From contig JAKORA010000334.1 of NCBI GenBank assembly GCA_029778075.1, positions 1 to 43,755 of the forward strand: a stretch of DNA of 43,755 bases, written 5' to 3'. The DNA is from Bacillota bacterium (GTDB lineage: Bacteria > Bacillota > Dethiobacteria > DTU022 > UBA8154). The first letter of the stretch is position 1; every line of letters begins with the position of its first letter. This document shows positions 42,643 through 43,755 of the stretch, one piece after another. A program made the position numbers and the translations under genes. Under the pieces are notes generated by a model. The model ran no database searches, was not told where the DNA came from, and saw only the letters and a list, made by a program, of their open reading frames with translations.

Positions 42643-43755
42643 CTACACTGAAGCAGCGGCGTCTTTTCTCTCTTTGGCAAACACTCCTTTTTCCCCCGGA
42701 AGTATGGCAGTAAGCCCTACGCCAAAAATGATGGAAATAAAAAGACTGGCAAAAGCAGGGCTTAACCATGCGGGCATAGATAGTGCTGCCGGCAATGAAG
42801 TGTACTGCCAAAGAATAAGGGTTATGGTGGAAATCACCATGGTTATAAATGCAGCCGTGGAATTCCTTTTCCAGAACAGACCGATAGGCATCAACACAAA
42901 AAGAGGTGCAACCAGACTAAAAGCAAAAATACCGGTTAATAGTATATGCGGCATAAAAAAGGCCGGGATCAAAGCAATAAGTGCCGGAATGATAATAAAA
43001 ACCCTGCTTAAAACAGGAACAAGTTTTTGCTTTTCAGCATCAGGTTTCCTTGAATATACCATATAAAAATCGTTGACCAGTATGTGGCTAATGGACATAT
43101 TAAAACGTACCCATGTAGAAAGGACTATTACAAGAAACGCCGCCAAAAGAATGCCTGCCACGAAAGTTGGCAGGTAGGATAACAACATTGTTACACCTGC
43201 CATTTTAGGGCCATGTGCGGCAAACTCAGGGATACTCATAGCCGCCAAACCAAAAGAAACGGTGAAGAAACCGACAAAAGAAAGGAAAATTACCGCAATA
43301 AAGTTGGACGTTCTTGCACCCCGTACATCCCTGGAACCCAGGATGTACTGGATTTTCCCCTGATCCATGGCATCACAAAAGCATGTTGCTACTACCAGTG
43401 CCACACCAAAACCTATTAGCAGACCCAAATCTTTGGGCCAAAAGCTAAGCATATCAGATAAACCTTGATTTAGATAAAAAGAATCAACACCCTTCCAACC
43501 TCCCGGAAGTTTCATGGTCACGATAATAAAAGCGACGATTAATACTATATACGACACGATCATGTTTATTACATTTGTATATGCTGCCTGCCAGTTGCCG
43601 GCGATCATGACGTAAGCTCCTGCACAGAGCATAAAGACAACCAGGGCAACACGCACATCTATGCCCGTTATTGCCGAGAGCATTATGGCACCGCCTTGCG
43701 TTTCCAATGAGACGACAGCAAAAGCCAGTGCGATCCCCAGTATCGATGAAAGAAA
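42643..43755 (-). CDS. Sodium:solute symporter family transporter, 5'-partial
   Basis: The frame is open to the window edge and contains many hydrophobic helices. SSS-like segments are AAYTNVIN, LLAAFLVIVLST and GLFWKR. Confidence 0.7.
   Translation of the reverse strand, partial: FLSSILGIALAFAVVSLETQGGAIMLSAITGIDVRVALVVFMLCAGAYVMIAGNWQAAYTNVINMIVSYIVLIVAFIIVTMKLPGGWKGVDSFYLNQGLSDMLSFWPKDLGLLIGFGVALVVATCFCDAMDQGKIQYILGSRDVRGARTSNFIAVIFLSFVGFFTVSFGLAAMSIPEFAAHGPKMAGVTMLLSYLPTFVAGILLAAFLVIVLSTWVRFNMSISHILVNDFYMVYSRKPDAEKQKLVPVLSRVFIIIPALIALIPAFFMPHILLTGIFAFSLVAPLFVLMPIGLFWKRNSTAAFITMVISTITLILWQYTSLPAALSMPAWLSPAFASLFISIIFGVGLTAILPGEKGVFAKERKDAAASV

Overview
A 43.8-kb chromosomal window, most likely from an anaerobic Clostridia-like Firmicute (inferred from gene content, a CIRCE operator, sigmaA/sigmaH-type promoters and strong GGAGG ribosome-binding sites). 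From left to right it holds a GctAB-type CoA transferase, trmL, a SAM methyltransferase and a LonC-type protease. Next come an ADP-forming acyl-CoA synthetase with a DRTGG partner, nth, a decaying fumarase/malic-enzyme operon, comFB and ligA. These are followed by a purine operon (purE-B-F-M-N-H-D) from which purCSQL appears to have been deleted, guaA, a ~2.5-kb integrase-less island at the groEL 3' end (27-bp direct repeats), and groESL with CIRCE. The right third is a minus-strand cofactor/catabolic block. It contains a RACo/ASKHA protein, an unusual MogA-CobO fusion, two MoeA paralogues, a 55-aa Cys-rich protein missed by the ORF track, a divergent Oah/BamA-type ring hydrolase, ThiS/MoaD, AOR, Fe-ADH and a partial SSS transporter. 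The most notable items are the MogA-CobO fusion beside RACo and a family of ~220-bp hairpin repeats with CAYGGANG loops, which occur singly, as a half copy, nested and in tandem. Also notable are a tandem RBS-ATG minigene array, the purCSQL scar and the groEL island. All calls come from reading the sequence by eye; no searches were run.
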